Shown here piece after piece: positions 1 through 13,273 of a DNA stretch of 64,000 nucleotides (within the stretch, counting starts at the first letter, position 1; each line of letters starts with the position of its first letter). The notes under the pieces were generated by a model. That model did no database searches. It was given only the letters and a program-made list of their open reading frames with translations, and had not been told where the DNA came from. The DNA comes from Macrostomum lignano (taxonomy: Eukaryota). Both the position numbers and the translations under genes were made by a program. Location: contig NIVC01002890.1 of assembly GCA_002269645.1 (NCBI GenBank), forward strand, positions 67,604 through 131,603, in the 5' to 3' direction.

Positions 1-315
1 TGCCTCCCCCACAACTCCGCTGTCTCCCCCCACAACTCCGCTGCCTCCCCCACAACTCCGCTGCCTCCCCCACAACTCCGCTGCCTCCCCCCACAACTCC
101 GCTGCCTCCCCCTATAACTTCGCTACCTCCCCCCACAACTCCGCTGCCTCCCCCACAACTCCGCTGTCTCCCCCTATAACTTCGCTACCTCCCCCACAAC
201 TCCGCTGTCTCCCCCCTATAACTTCGCTACCTCCCCCCACAACTCCGCTGTCTCCCCCCTATAACTTCGCTACCTCCCCCACAACTCCGCTGCCTCCCCC
301 CCCCCACAACTCCGC
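1..315. repeat. C-rich minisatellite, ~20-21 bp unit (CTCCCCCCACAACTCCGCTG), truncated by window start
   Basis: Direct tandem repetition visible; variant unit CCCCCTATAACTTCGCTAC interspersed. Confidence 0.95.
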
Positions 316-1379
316 TCCCCCCCACAAAGAAGCCTCTCTCTGTAAATAAATTTAATTTGCTACTTGTAGACCAAGTGTCACATTGTGACAATTCGTGGTT
401 TGATTTAAAAAACAAACTTTCTGTACAGGCCCTGTGCAATTCATTATAAAACTTGCTTTAGAAAGCAAAATTTATTAATAGACAAAGCTTTTAAGATTGC
501 AACTATACAGATTGCCAAGACAGAAATAGTAAATATGAATTATTATTTTAATTGCAATTATATATGTACAGTTAGTCATGCTTAATATAAGAGGCAAGGA
601 TGCGGGGTTTGAATGTAAAAGTATATTCCGTAGGTTCAAAAAAACTAACTCTATTGTAGGTTACAGATCAATCAATCATAAGACGATATAATCTTGTTAA
701 GTTCGAAGAAAAACTGAAAATTGATTTATTTCGCTTGTTAGTTAACACGAACGTGAAAGTGGATATCTATATTAGTATCTATAGGTATTTAATAGGATTG
801 TGCTTTCCGACCACCAACCCTCTCTATCCGGCCCTCGGGGGTTCTTTGAATCTTCTGTGAGCATTTGTATCTTCTCAGCTCTCTTCTAACACCACTCTCC
901 CTCTCATCTCTTTTAAATTCTCCTCCCTCACCTGGGCCGCAGCCATGAGCAGGATTATTTATCTGGCCATAGACAACTAGCGAAAATCTTTTTTTCAGAC
1001 ACTTAGCGGTTAGTTTGATTCATTCAAGAATAAAATAGTCTATGGTCGAAAGTATATGGTCTATGGTCTACTGCACTGCTATTAGTGTGTCTATGGTAAA
1101 AAATCCTCAAGTGCTTAACGGCATCCTCTGACTATTCTACGAGTATTAGCCAAACTTGCAATTTATATTTTTAGCCTGCTGTATCTGTGCCCCACCCATG
1201 TCATCTCAATGCTAGGTGAGAGGGACAGCTGCCCCCTCTGCCCCCCCCCTCTATTCCGCGGTCTCTGAGCGCTGAATCACAATCCTTTTACTACCATGTT
1301 ACACACGTGAGTAAACAGTACAAAAATTCTAAACCACTAAGTAGTCATAAGAAGTTTAGTGTCCCGGCCAGCTTTTGAG

Positions 1380-4300
1380 TCAGATGCCATCCCGATCGCT
1401 GTCCGAGTCTGTCCGCAGTCGCACGGAGTGATTGTACAACCCCTGGGACATCAGGTGCAGCGCGAGCGGGTTCTTGAAGCCGTGGCCCTGCGGTCAGGTG
1501 TACAGTGGGCACTATAAGCTAGGTTAGTCTTATAAATATTCGCAAGAGGGCTGCAGGCAACCTGGCATATCTGCAAAAAAGCTGACACGCATTAAAACAA
1601 CTCACCTTTTTAGCCTTCGCTCGCTTATTTTGGAACCAGATTTTCACCTGCGACTCGTTCAGCTGCAGCTCCTTGGCCAGAGAGAGTCGCCGCTCTTCTG
1701 TGAGATACCTGCGGAGGCGGGTGGGATGGTCGGCAATGGGGTGCTCGTAGTAGGGCTCAAGTTGCAAAATAGGGTACAATTTTTATCAGAGTCAGGAGCT
1801 GTGTGCACCCTGGCGCACTTTAAGCGACATTGTCACACAACCGGCGAGAGGCATTACTGCCCATTCCACCGACTCCCCTGAGCAGGCACACAAGCGCGCG
1901 GATACGTACGCAGTCATACGCACAGGCACACACTCACACAGGAGTGTACAGCGGCCCTAGCTTTATTTATCGTTAGGCATGTACACTTCACTGTGCCTTG
2001 GGGGTGAGGGGGGGTTGGCCCTCAAGGGCGTTAATTTTACGGCTAGACCCTAGCCGAGATTCAAATGTGACTGCACTTGGAATCGAGCCTGGGCCGCTGA
2101 AACATAAGAACGCCGCGCTTGACCACTAGGCTACTGCCCTACCCCTATATAGGATACAATAAAAGTGGTTAAGTTATGAATAGCTTTCGCAAGCTCTGCT
2201 TCTGGCAAAGATTTGCTTTTTTGCGTGGCGCTGACTGGGGTTTTGTCATAGATTAATCCGCGCCGGAAAAATACACAAAAACGCACACTTGCTTCATTTG
2301 GAATTCGAAAACCCAGAAAAAATCTAAAAAATCCCATCTCACCAATGCATTTTATACGGTGAAAACCATATTCCAGAAAAAAATTTTCTCGATTTGCAAG
2401 CTCAGCGAATCTGCATAGCAACCAACCTATTCTCTTCGAACTCCTGCTTGAGCCGTTTGAGCTGCTCGCCAGAGAATGACGTCCTTGGCCTTTTTTCGTT
2501 GTCCTTGCGGCTACGTCGGCGGAACTTACGGACTCGAGGACCTGCCGGATGGGCGTGTGACAGCATGACGTTTTAATGGGATAATTTATATTGTTGTAAG
2601 TTTGATGCGCACTGGAGTGTCCAGCCTGATCTGGAGTTCCCCTTTCTGTGATATGGTAGCAGCAGGATTGGAATGCAGTAACAGTGCAGCACACCTGGTC
2701 AACTTGCTATTTGAGTTAGTTTGATTTCTATCTAGCTAGTAGCTCTCGGAATTTTTTCTTTAGAAGTTTTGATTGATGCAATCGATACAATAGATTTTCT
2801 TAGAAATGAGCTGGATGCAGAATGACGCTCTGCACTCGATTTTCTTATAAATGAGCTGGATGCAGAATGACGCTCTACACTCGATTTTCTTAGAAATAAG
2901 CTAGATGCAGAAGAACGCTCTGCACTCGATTTTCTTAGAAATGAGCTGGATGCAGAAGGACGCTCTGCACTCGATTTTCTTAGAAATGAGCTGGATGCAG
3001 AAGAACGCTCTGCACTCGATTTTCTTAGAAATGAGCTGGATGCAGAATGACGCTCTACACTCGATTTTCTTAGAAATGAGCTGGATGCAGGACGCTCTGC
3101 ACTCGATTTTCTATATACTCCTAGATGGGGCCACTCGCAGCGCGAAAACCCCCGGGGGTTCAGACCATAGACTGTAGCTTCTGCTGCTCTCAAGCATTAG
3201 CAGCAGCAGCAGGTGTCTGTGGCCCAAACCCCGGGGTTTTCGGGACCTCGGAGAGGGCCGCTAAATGCATTAGCGAATGCTGCAGGAGTGACAACATCTA
3301 GATAATATAGAACCTGTGGTTTAAACCGATGAGTTCCCATGGGAACAATTTAGTCGCTGGGAAGAATTTATAATCAGCAATTGTTGGCTAATTAAAAAAC
3401 ATCATCAATGAGGAGTTTGATGGCTCGAAAAAATATCGACACAGCAGATTCGAGTGGCAAATCAAGATAAACCCTTGGGAGATTCTCCTTATTAGCAATC
3501 AGCGGTTTTTTGGGAGGAGGATAATTAAAGCAGCGCTGAAGGGCAGACAGGTGTGCGATGGTGCAGGATCCCCATTCGGCCGATTCAATTTAGATAAAAA
3601 GGGATATTTCGAACAGAAAAATATTATAGCCAGAAGATCGGGGCACCCACCCCCACTCAATCAGGCGACCCCGCCCACTCCTCCTCTCATTTTTGAGCCT
3701 CTACTCGAGAAGGTCGCCGCTCACTCAACTTCAAAGAGTTTCTTCCAGGCGCTCTCGCTGAGGCGATTTTTTTTAACTCACTTATCCCATCAGCATCCAT
3801 CATCGGGATTTGACAGATAAGCCGTTCACCCTCTGAGAATTCCCCCGCCCTCGTATCACTGCATGCAGAGAGACCTTAATGAGGTGATAGACAGAGCCTC
3901 TAACCGCCTCATGGCATCAAGTTTGGTGAGGCGTTAATGAATCAGAAAAAAGAGCTGAGGAAGTCAGCAGCATCCCTCTTGGCATCATCATCGAAACACT
4001 GATAAGGCTGCTCAGCCTCTGTAGGAGTCTTGGGTGTGGAAATATATTGAGGGATCGATCTATAATAATGATCGGCTAGGCACTGATGATGATGAATTGC
4101 TGCCATGGGAGGCGCGGATTAAAGCGATAATAACTCATTATAGATAGTCTTTATAGCTTCGAGAAATTAAAAGAGACTATCGGGAAAAAATGAATCATTC
4201 AAGTCGGCTTTGATTTGAGGCAAATTTTTCTTTGTCATTTTACTATTAATAGCAATTTACTTTTTTAATCGGCAATTAGACTCTTTGCGTCACTTTGTGT

Positions 4301-5077
4301 CAGTTCAGTGTCACCGCTATATCCCCAACAGGTCCCTCAGTGTCACCGTTATATCCCCAACAGGTCCCTCAGTGTCACCGCTATATCTCCAACAGGTCCC
4401 TCAGTGTCACCGCTATATCCCCAACAGGTCCCTCAGTGTCACCGTTATATCCCCAACAGGTCCCTCAGTGTCACCGCTATATCTCCAACAGGTCCCTCAG
4501 TGTCACCGCTATATCCCCAACAGGTCCCTCAGTGTCACCGCTATATCCCCAACAGGTCCCTCAGTGTCACCGCTATATCTCCAACAGGTCCCTCAGTGTC
4601 ACCGTTATATCTCCAACAGGTCCCTCAGTGTCACCGTTATATCTCCAACATGTCCCTCAGTGTCACCGCTATATCTCCAACAGGTCCCTCAGTGTCACCG
4701 CTATATCTCCAACAGGTCCCTCAGTGTCACCGCTATATCTCCAACAGGTCCCTCAGTGTCACCGCTATCTCCAACATGTCCCTCAGTGTCCCCCCATGCT
4801 CACCAGATGACGGCCTGTCCGAGTAGCGGGTGCAGTAGATCCAAGCAGGCCACAGACTGGCCTTGTCCTCGGCTGCAGCCTGCTGTTGCAGCTTCCCCAC
4901 TACAGTCGGCAGCTGATGATGAGCAGGCGGCGGCCTACCGAACTCTGGCTTGAGTATCTCTTCAATTAGAAATCGAGTGTAAGTTGCCTGTCGTTTCTGC
5001 TGCTGCTCCATCGCCTTCTCTTCTACCTCTTTCTGCTGCTGCTGCTTCTCGGGGCATATTTCCGAGTCCAACACCAT
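1380..5077 (-). CDS. en: Engrailed-class homeobox transcription factor, ~199 aa; exons 5077-4804, 2541-2427, 1708-1606, 1487-1380
   Basis: All introns GT-AG and phase-compatible. EH1 ([14 protein letters not shown]), EH2 ([17 protein letters not shown]|PR), homeodomain [24 protein letters not shown]|[36 protein letters not shown]5 ([17 protein letters not shown]), TGA at 1380-1382. Confidence 0.95.
1797..2140 (-). mobile_element. tRNA-derived SINE (family A) in engrailed intron 2
   Basis: Minus-strand head GTAGCCTAGTGGTCAAG (A box) and GGCTCGATTCC (B box); body shared with 35066-35335. Confidence 0.8.
2791..3112. repeat. 45-bp minisatellite, ~7 copies, in engrailed intron 1
   Basis: Unit TCGATTTTCTTAGAAATGAGCTGGATGCAGAATGACGCTCTRCAC. 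Confidence 0.95.
4307..4792. repeat. 32-bp minisatellite, ~15 copies, abutting the engrailed intron-1 donor
   Basis: Unit GTGTCACCGCTATATCCCCAACAGGTCCCTCA. Confidence 0.95.
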
Positions 5078-6264
5078 GATGCTGTTTTGTAATTTGCGAT
5101 CTTTGTTTATCAATTATGAATAGAATTGTTTCTTGGACTGATTTTTACAGGATCCGTTCTTGTCTCCACATACCTAGCGCTAGCCGTTATAATTCGTATT
5201 CTCGCCGCTCCTCATCCCCGCGTAATCGCTTCATTAGACAGTTGGGTGGCCGCGCGGCCAATGAAATTCCAGCTCCAGTTTCCCGCAGCCCCATCTCCTC
5301 CCGCCGGCGAATAATAATCCCGCATGCATGCGTTATCCCAGGTCTGCTGGTGTATATTCCCATCGTTAATCCCCTCATTCGTTGGACCGTGGAGTGCTAG
5401 AATTAAGAATCTGGAGTTGAATTCCTAAGATTATTCAAGGAGTGCGAGTGGGGATCTTTCAAACAAAGTAAATTTTAAATCACAAGGTTTAACAATGAAA
5501 CCCATGAAGTTGTGTACACCCTGTGTGTCCGTGTGTATGCTCAGGAGTCAGCAAAATGGGCACAACTGCGCTCGCTGCCCAAAGCTCCTGTCAGCGAGAA
5601 ACTAATTAGAACACCGAACTGAACAATCAATTCCTAAAATCTTGCACCTCTTTAGCGCATTGAAGGAAAAAAGCCTTATAAAATTCGGTTTCCACTGCAG
5701 ACGTTCCTCCATCTCCATCGGAAGTCTGTACGTACTTCCAACGTACAGTATGGACAGACATCTTCCATTTAACGCCCAGCTAGTAGTCGCACAGTCACCG
5801 GATGTTGTCGGCTGACACAAAACCCGGTAATTACTACAACACTCCATCGTCTTGCTGTTGCCGCTAAATTTCAGCACACAGGAGAGAAAGATGTGGTGAG
5901 GATTAGGAAACTGAGATGAAGAGCTGATTGGCGGTAGTTACGGACTGCCAAAAACTTCATATCCGTATGCGGATGGATATTGGATATCTAAGTTCCGTGG
6001 CAGACGCGTTGCAAATTGTTATAGCTATTATAGCTGTGAGCTGTGGGCGGCATTTCCGCTTGTTGGGGGCCAATCATTAGAGGGGATTTCGCAGTGACAA
6101 CTTGAAAACCGGGAGCTGGCAGCAGGCCACTGCAGGCCAATATGCGATTGGCGATTACGATCTACATGCGCTTGTCCCATTAGTGTAGTCGAGCCCTACA
6201 GCAGTTCCATGTGGTTTCACTCGGCTGGTAGTTCGCTTATTCTCTTGATTAGCGGCAGCATCTG

Positions 6265-7078
6265 CCTCTCTGCTGTCTCTCCTGATGAATCCACGTCTCT
6301 CCACTCTCTCTTGGTGAATCCACGCCTCTCTGCTGTCTCTCCTGATGAATCCACGTCTCTTCACTGTCTCTCCTGGTGAATCCACGCCTCTCTGCTGTCT
6401 CTTCTGATGAATCCACGTCTCTTCACTGTCTCTCCTGATGAATCCACGTCTCTCCACTCTCTCCTGGTGAATCCACGCCTCTCTGCTGTCTCTCCTGATG
6501 AATCCACGTCTCTTCACTGTCTCTCCTGGTGAATCCACGCCTCTCTGCTGTCTCTTCTGATGAATCCACGTCTCTTCACTGTCTCTCCTGGTGAATCCAC
6601 GCCTCTCTGCTGTCTCTCCTGATGAATCCACGTCTCTTCACTGTCTCTCCTGGTGAATCCACGCCTCTCTGCTGTCTCTCCTGATGAATCCACGTCTCTT
6701 CACTGTCTCTCCTGGTGAATCCACGCCTCTCTGCTGTCTCTCCTGATGAATCCACGTCTCTTCACTGTCTCTCCTGGTGAATCCACGCCTCTCTGCTGTC
6801 TCTCCTGATGAATCCACGTCTCTCCAATGTCTCTCCTGGTGAATCCACGCCTCTCCACTGTCTCTCCTGGTGAATCCACGCCTCTCTGCTGTCTCTCCTG
6901 GTGAATCCACGTCTCTCCTAGTGAATCCACGCCTCTGCTGTCTCTCCTGGTGAATCCACGTCTCTTCACTGTCTCTCCTGGTGAATCCACGCCTCTGCTT
7001 CTCTCCTGGTGAATCCACGCCTCTGCTGTCTCTTCTAGTGAATCCACGCCTCTGCTGTCTCTCCTGGTGAATCCACGC
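6265..7078. repeat. ~31-bp minisatellite with subunit variants, between engrailed and CACUL1
   Basis: Units CTGTCTCTCCTGATGAATCCACGTCTCTTCA / CTGTCTCTCCTGGTGAATCCACGCCTCTCTG. Confidence 0.95.
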
Positions 7079-8142
7079 TCCTTCGCTCCCCCAATTTTTG
7101 CCTGCCTCTAGAATTATTAGTCTCGCACTCTCGTGCAAAGGTAAAAAAAGCTCACTATTTAACTAAATGATTTTCGTCAGTTTGTTGAACTGTTGGCCAG
7201 TAAGTACCAACAAAATAAATATTATATTATCAGCTTATCGATACAGCACAACAGCAGCAGGAGAAAAGAAAAGGCAAAACACAAATTTAGAAAAAATAAC
7301 ACGTTCGGTTTCCAAGACAATCGGGCGCAAAAATGAAGACATTCCACTGATACTTGTTGCGCCCAATCGTGCCAAGAAGTGCAAGTGTGTTCTTATAATA
7401 ATAAATAATGGATCGACATGGACAAGACCGAATGCGGCTACTTTAAGTAGCACAGCAGAGAAAATGTTTTCAGAATGAGCACATTGAGAGAAAGAACAAC
7501 TTATTGTAAGTTGTAGCAAACAATTTTTTACAAAAAAAGCAAATAATTTCTGAACTAAATTTCTCAAGCGGGCTCTAGCTGGTTTGGCTGAGATAGCTAT
7601 GTACAATTTGCATGCATAAATGTGGATAATTAATTAAAGGCTTTGCCTGGAAATTTAACGGAAAATTTCCCATTAGCCTAAACACTACATATATATGAAT
7701 TTACAGGAAAAAATAGCCAGCCAAGTTAAAGGTTTCCTATCAACGTTCGATTATGCCGGTGAAGTTAGAGTTCACAGTGGGATTGGGAGGTTGTATTGTA
7801 GGATTGTAACGCCTAAATAGAATATTTTCTAACATTATATTTGGCTAAGACTGAGACTGAGAAGTTCAAGGATTGGGAAGATTTGGAATTAGGGAGATTT
7901 TGAGTAAGATTTCAAAGTTTGACAAGGACCTTTTTGTAAAAGACTAGCTATTGAGCTACTTAAGCAGGCGTTAAACCAAAGGAAACAGGTGTGCAGGGTG
8001 AAGCAAGCTCAAGAAGTAAAAATTAAAAAGTCTCAGCATCGGATATTTTTAGGAAACAAAATATTCTATAATACAAGAGAGCCTAAACATCATACTGACT
8101 GTGTAATCTTAGACTATATATAAAAGCACATAAAGCCCAAAA

Positions 8143-10540
8143 TCAAACCATGGGCTGCTGGAAGCCGTCCTCAAGGGCTTCGATATCTTCAACGGCTTGC
8201 ACGAGTCGCTGTTGGACACGCGGCGTCGGGCCGCCGATACTGTCGTCGTCCTCGGTGTTGCCGACATTGTCCAGGCCGCCAGGCGAGCCCTGCCGCTTCC
8301 TGCCCCGATCGCCGACAATGAACCCCGGGTGCCGGCGCAGGTCCCGCTGCAGCTGGCTCTCCTCGGCGGCGTAGGCTGGCAGCGACTCCAGCTCGGCTGG
8401 CGGCAGTACGCCGGGCACGAATCTGGCAAACAGCTGCGGACTGGCCGAGGCGCATTCCGGACAGGCAGAGTGCAGCTGCTGGACGCAGGCGCGAAGCCGG
8501 TCGGGGTGGACCAGGAACGGCTTCTGGACAGCCTCTGTTAGGTGGCCTGGAGTGGGGATATGAGGGTGCCAGTAAAGGTCTCCTCCAGATCCTCAGATGG
8601 GACCGTTAATATCCCTTCTGGGTCCTCAGGTGTGGGACCGTTAATATCCCTTCTGGGTCCTCAGGTGTGGGACCGTTAATATCCCTTCTGGGTCCTCAGG
8701 TGTGGGACCGTTAATATCCCTTCTGGGTCCTCAGGTGTGGGACCGTTAATATTCCTTCTGGGTCCTCAGGTGTGGGACCGTTAATATCCCTTCTAGGTCC
8801 TCAGGTGGGGGATCGTTAATATCCCTTCTGGGTCCTCAGGTGTGGGACCGTTAATATCCCTTCTGGGTCCTCAGGTGTGGGACCGTTAATATCCCTTCTG
8901 GGTCCTCAGGTGTGGGACCGTTAATATCCCTTCTGGGTCCTCAGGTGTGGGACCGTTAATATCCCTTCTGGGTCCTCAGGTGTGGGACCGTTAATATCCC
9001 TTCTGGGTCCTCAGGTGTGGGACCGTTAATATCCCTTCTGGGTCCTCAGGTGTGGGACCGTTAATATCCCTTCTGGGTCCTCAGGTGTGGGACCGATAAT
9101 ATCCCTTCTGGATCCTCAGTTGGGATTGCTAATATCCCTTCTGGATCCTCAGTTGGGATTGCTAATATCCCTTCTGGATCCTCAGTTAGGGTTTCTAATA
9201 TCACTTCTGGATCCACAGGTGGGATTGCTAATATCCCTTCCGGATCCTCAGGTGGGATTGCTAATATCCCTTCCGGATCCTCAGGTGGGATTGCTAATAT
9301 CCCTTCCGGATCCTCAGGTGGGATTGCTAATATCCCTTCCGGATCCTCAGTTGGGATTGCTAATATCCCTTCTGGATCCTCAGTTGGGATTGCTAATATC
9401 CCTTCTGGATCCTCAGTTAGGGTTTCTAATATCACTTCTGGATCCACAGGTGGGATTGCTAATATCCCTTCCGGATCCTTAGGTGGGATTGTTATCATCC
9501 CTTCTGGATCCTCAGGTGGGATTGCTAATATCCCTTCCGGATCCTCAGTTGGGATTGCTAATATCCCTTCTGGATCCTCAGGTGGGATTGCTAATATCCC
9601 TTCCGGATCCTCAGGTGGGATTGCTAATATCCCTTCCGGATCCTCAGGTGGGATTGCTATCATCCCTTCTAGATCCTAAGATTAAAGCGAAGCCATCTCT
9701 TCTAGATCCTCAGGTGGGACTGATAGCCTCTCCTACAGATCCTGTTACGACCGTATCCGTATCACATTCAGATGTCCCGGTTAAACAACTGTCTTCAGAT
9801 ACTTATTCCACCAAACAGATGGTTTCAGTGAATCCCCTCTCCCCTTCTCCAGACCCTCAAGCAGTTACTCGAACAGAAATCTCACCAATTAGCTTATGCA
9901 AATGCGGCGAAACAAACTGATGAACAAAGATAGATTTAAACATGGCCATTAGAGAGTCCTCTCCGCTAGTAGCTAGCATAACCCTATTCATGTATTGGAA
10001 TACGGCGAACAGTGTCGATGCAGCCTGATTGAATGTGAGAAACGCGCGCAGACAGACTTCAATGTAGTCCTTTGGCGAGTGTTGCTGCAATGTGCAATTA
10101 TAACACAAATAATAATACCAATGTTGTACTTTTTGAGACAGATGAGGCATTAAGGCCCAAAGGGGCGACCCTAAGGCAGATATTTCAGACAGGAAACGGA
10201 TCGATTAAGTAGAAAATACTTAATATTTTCGGCAGAAGAAATCCTATCGCATACTACTAATTAACATTCAAATATCAGTAGTGCGAAAGCGCATAGGATT
10301 CACCTTCTCCAGAGCTCGCTGGCCCATGGAGCACACGTGAGCCTGCACAGCGGACATCAGGTCCTCTTTTAGCTGGGGTCCGCGCGCCGAGCAAACGCAT
10401 TTGTAGACGCAAGAGTACATCTCTTCGTAGCTGATGGCGCTGCGCTCAGCCTCCTCAGATTGGGTGAACAGCAGGTCAATCAGCTGGGACAGCTTGGGCC
10501 AGTAGGTCTGGCTGTAGTCATCGTCAGACATGATGAACAT
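8143..10540 (-). CDS. CACUL1: CACUL1-like (CDK2-associated cullin domain) protein, ~279 aa; exons 10540-10304, 10084-9886, 8546-8143
   Basis: GT-AG introns in phases 0 and 1. Motifs DYSQTYWPKL..IDLLFTQS, ISYEEMYSCVYKCVC, VFQYMNR, QLFARFVPGVLPP..L..YAAEESQLQRDL, GDRGRKR parallel recalled CACUL1 motifs (YWPKLDGAIDQLLTQ, ISYEQIYSCVYKCVC, FIPNILPP, GDQSRKR). Confidence 0.9.
8597..9720. repeat. Two-domain minisatellite (35-bp units then 33-bp units) in CACUL1 intron 2
   Basis: GGGACCGTTAATATCCCTTCTGGGTCCTCAGGTGT switches near 9090 to GGGATTGCTAATATCCCTTCYGGATCCTCAGGT; a 231-bp (7x33) block is repeated. Confidence 0.95.
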
Positions 10541-11516
10541 GCCTAGTAGTGATGGGTTAGAGGGATCAGAATATTAAGTCAATATTTTATTTAGTCAATA
10601 ATCATAAGTTGGTTGCCTTGTAGGTTTTTAGAGGCAAGATTATTTTTTGGGATTAAGTAGGATCAGTATATTATTTTATATGGATATTTTTAGTAGCTTT
10701 AACATAATTTGCTTATGATCTACTATACATATCTTAAGAGGCCTATACAATACAATTTCATACAAAATTCTTTCAAGAAACAAGTTACATTTATATTAGG
10801 ATTCTACCTCTTAGCATTGATAACATTAAAGAATTAGAATATTTAGTGCTTAGAATTCAATTAAAATATTAAAACCAAGAAACTTTTCTATATTTTTTAT
10901 AATAGGGCCACTATAGTTATTTTAAGCAGAAAAGAGCAAAGTTGTTTTTATATTTTGAGCTAATCAAATAAATGTAAGCTTTCAAAGCAATAAGAAAATG
11001 AAGAATATTGAAAAAGAATAATTAAGGATAACCTAAAGGGCTTAAAGCTAAGATACAAGTACAATTGCAATATCATATATCAAGTTTATTATATTTAGCT
11101 TACATGTATATATATACTTTTAGAATAAAATAAAATACTTATTGCTATACCAAATACATTTAATAAAAAATTATAAGGAATAATCTACAAATGGTTTTGA
11201 ACAGTAGCAAAAAGTTTCCTAGGGAATTATAAAGATTTTTGACTTACTATACTATTAAAGAAAATTCTTAAAAGAAATTAGATTTCAAAGAGATTTAGAA
11301 AACCCTATTGGAAAATATATCTTTTGCAATTAGAATTAGCCAATTGTTATACTTTAAATAGACCCCTATTAAGGCTATATTTACTATAGTAGTATAGTAG
11401 GGCAAAAGAATAGGAAAATAGTAGTCTATAGAAACACTATATGGCCTAGATCTAGATGTAGAGAAACTTTAAAGGAGCTTTATAGCCTAAGATAACTTTA
11501 TAGGCCTAGTATATGA

Positions 11517-13273
11517 GGCTTCTAGTTTATTGGCAACAAGCTAATTTGGCAACAACCAATTCAGCAACAAGTCAGTTTGGCAACAGCTAATTTGGCAAAT
11601 GCTAAAGGTTAAGAAAGCTATATATGACACTTGTTAAAATTTAAAATATTTCCATTATAGTCCTTGCCATTCAAGTAAGGTAATTTTGTTTTAATCATTC
11701 TGAATAACACATTTTCAAAGAGGTGCATGTACATCCCCTTGGAGTCTTGGACTTAGAGTATGTACATTTTTTCTACTTCTCTTTGCTACTTGTATTTGTT
11801 GATTGCACTGCTTGCACTTCCAGTCAAATGAAGCAACAGACTTAAGATGGCGCTGCACTCTGCTTTGTATACCATTTTTGGAGATGCCTACATACAGAAT
11901 TGAATTTACACACTTATATCACTGTACATTATGTATACCATATGTTAATTGTATTTTATGAATTCTATTAGCACCAAACTTTGGTATTTGATTGGTACAT
12001 GTATAAATACTTACTGGAATTACATTTTATATGTTGCTTGTGGCATACATCACAGTAAATGGCGGCAGTGTCGCATCATTAGTGACTCTTCTTGCACACA
12101 ATGCAGTGGTCTAAATTGTCACAATTAAAATTGAGCATTGAAAAATTAACTGAATGCAACTTCAATTTCTACTTTACCATTCTGCGTGCATTGAGCTAAT
12201 ATGTATCACTATACAATTTTAATTTTTATATTCACTTTGTACATTTACAGTATATTTTATAAAGCTAACTCAACATTATATTCCCTTATTCATTATGCTT
12301 TGTATAGCAGTCATATGACTTTATAGCTTTATTTGATAGCTGCACTGTGAATGAGCCTTTGAGTGGAACACAGTTCATTATGCATGTATACATGTACATA
12401 TGATATAATGTATATAGCATATCCTATACTTTTGCAGCAAAAAGTGCAAAGTGTAAAAGACTCAATATAAACTATAGTCTGGATCATGCTAAGTGCATAC
12501 CTAAACAAAAATTTGAATAAATACAAATGCATGCCAAAAAATGTAGTGCACATCCCATTCTCAAAAATACACTAGTGTTGAGAAAATAAATGACCTTTTT
12601 TACATTGTGACAACAAATGACCTTTTTTAATTGTGCAATATACCCTTATTACCAGATAATTTGGTTGTTTTTTACGCTTCTTTGGCGATACTATTTACAG
12701 CAGAAAATTTATACATACAAAGATTTGTTTAAATGCTCTTTTACAAGCTTGAAAAACTGGAAAGCTTGAAATTTGCGCTTAAAAATAAACCTTTTTTCAT
12801 CTTTTTTCTATTTCACAATAACTTTTATGTGTGATTCTATAAAGTGCACCCCAGGTGTGCACGCATACTATTTTCTCAGGAGTAATGCACACCAACTGTG
12901 AACACCTAATTTTGGTATGCAATACCAATGCACACCCAAATTTTTGGCATATACTACATGATCCAAGTATGGAGTATAAAATACAATTCAACTAGGATCC
13001 TTAATTTTTAGTCTCTTCAACAATTGTTCTTAGTGTCTTACATTTTGTTTTACTATTAGCAAGTGTGACTTATATTGGGAAAAGCTATATATATTGGTAT
13101 ATAAAGTAAAGTGTACCATTTTGTCTTATTTTGGAATTGAAATAAATATACAAACTCAATGCAATGGATGACAAATTACTGCCCTGTTTTAACTGCCTCC
13201 TCATATGTTGCCAAACTGACTATTGCCAAATTGGTTGTCACCAAGTCAACCTGTTGCCGAATTAACTAGTTCC
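11517..13273. mobile_element. Non-autonomous TIR DNA transposon with subterminal TTGGCAAC repeats, carrying a degenerate PHD-finger remnant
   Basis: Left GGCTTCTAGTTTATTGGCAACAAG versus right end reverse complement GGAACTAGTTAATTCGGCAACAGG; imperfect TSD containing TATATGA on both sides. Confidence 0.7.

Noticed and set aside
7300-7430. Weak inverted repeat (GGGCGCAA...TTGCGCCC)
   Set aside because: Short, imperfect and without a TSD; could arise by chance.
2732-9920. Repetitive ORFs at 2732-3193, 4285-4953, 6155-7138 and 9061-9920 (also 19197-20056, 33453-34255, 43318-43962, 54874-56889)
   Set aside because: All coincide with minisatellites, mostly intronic; no domain content.
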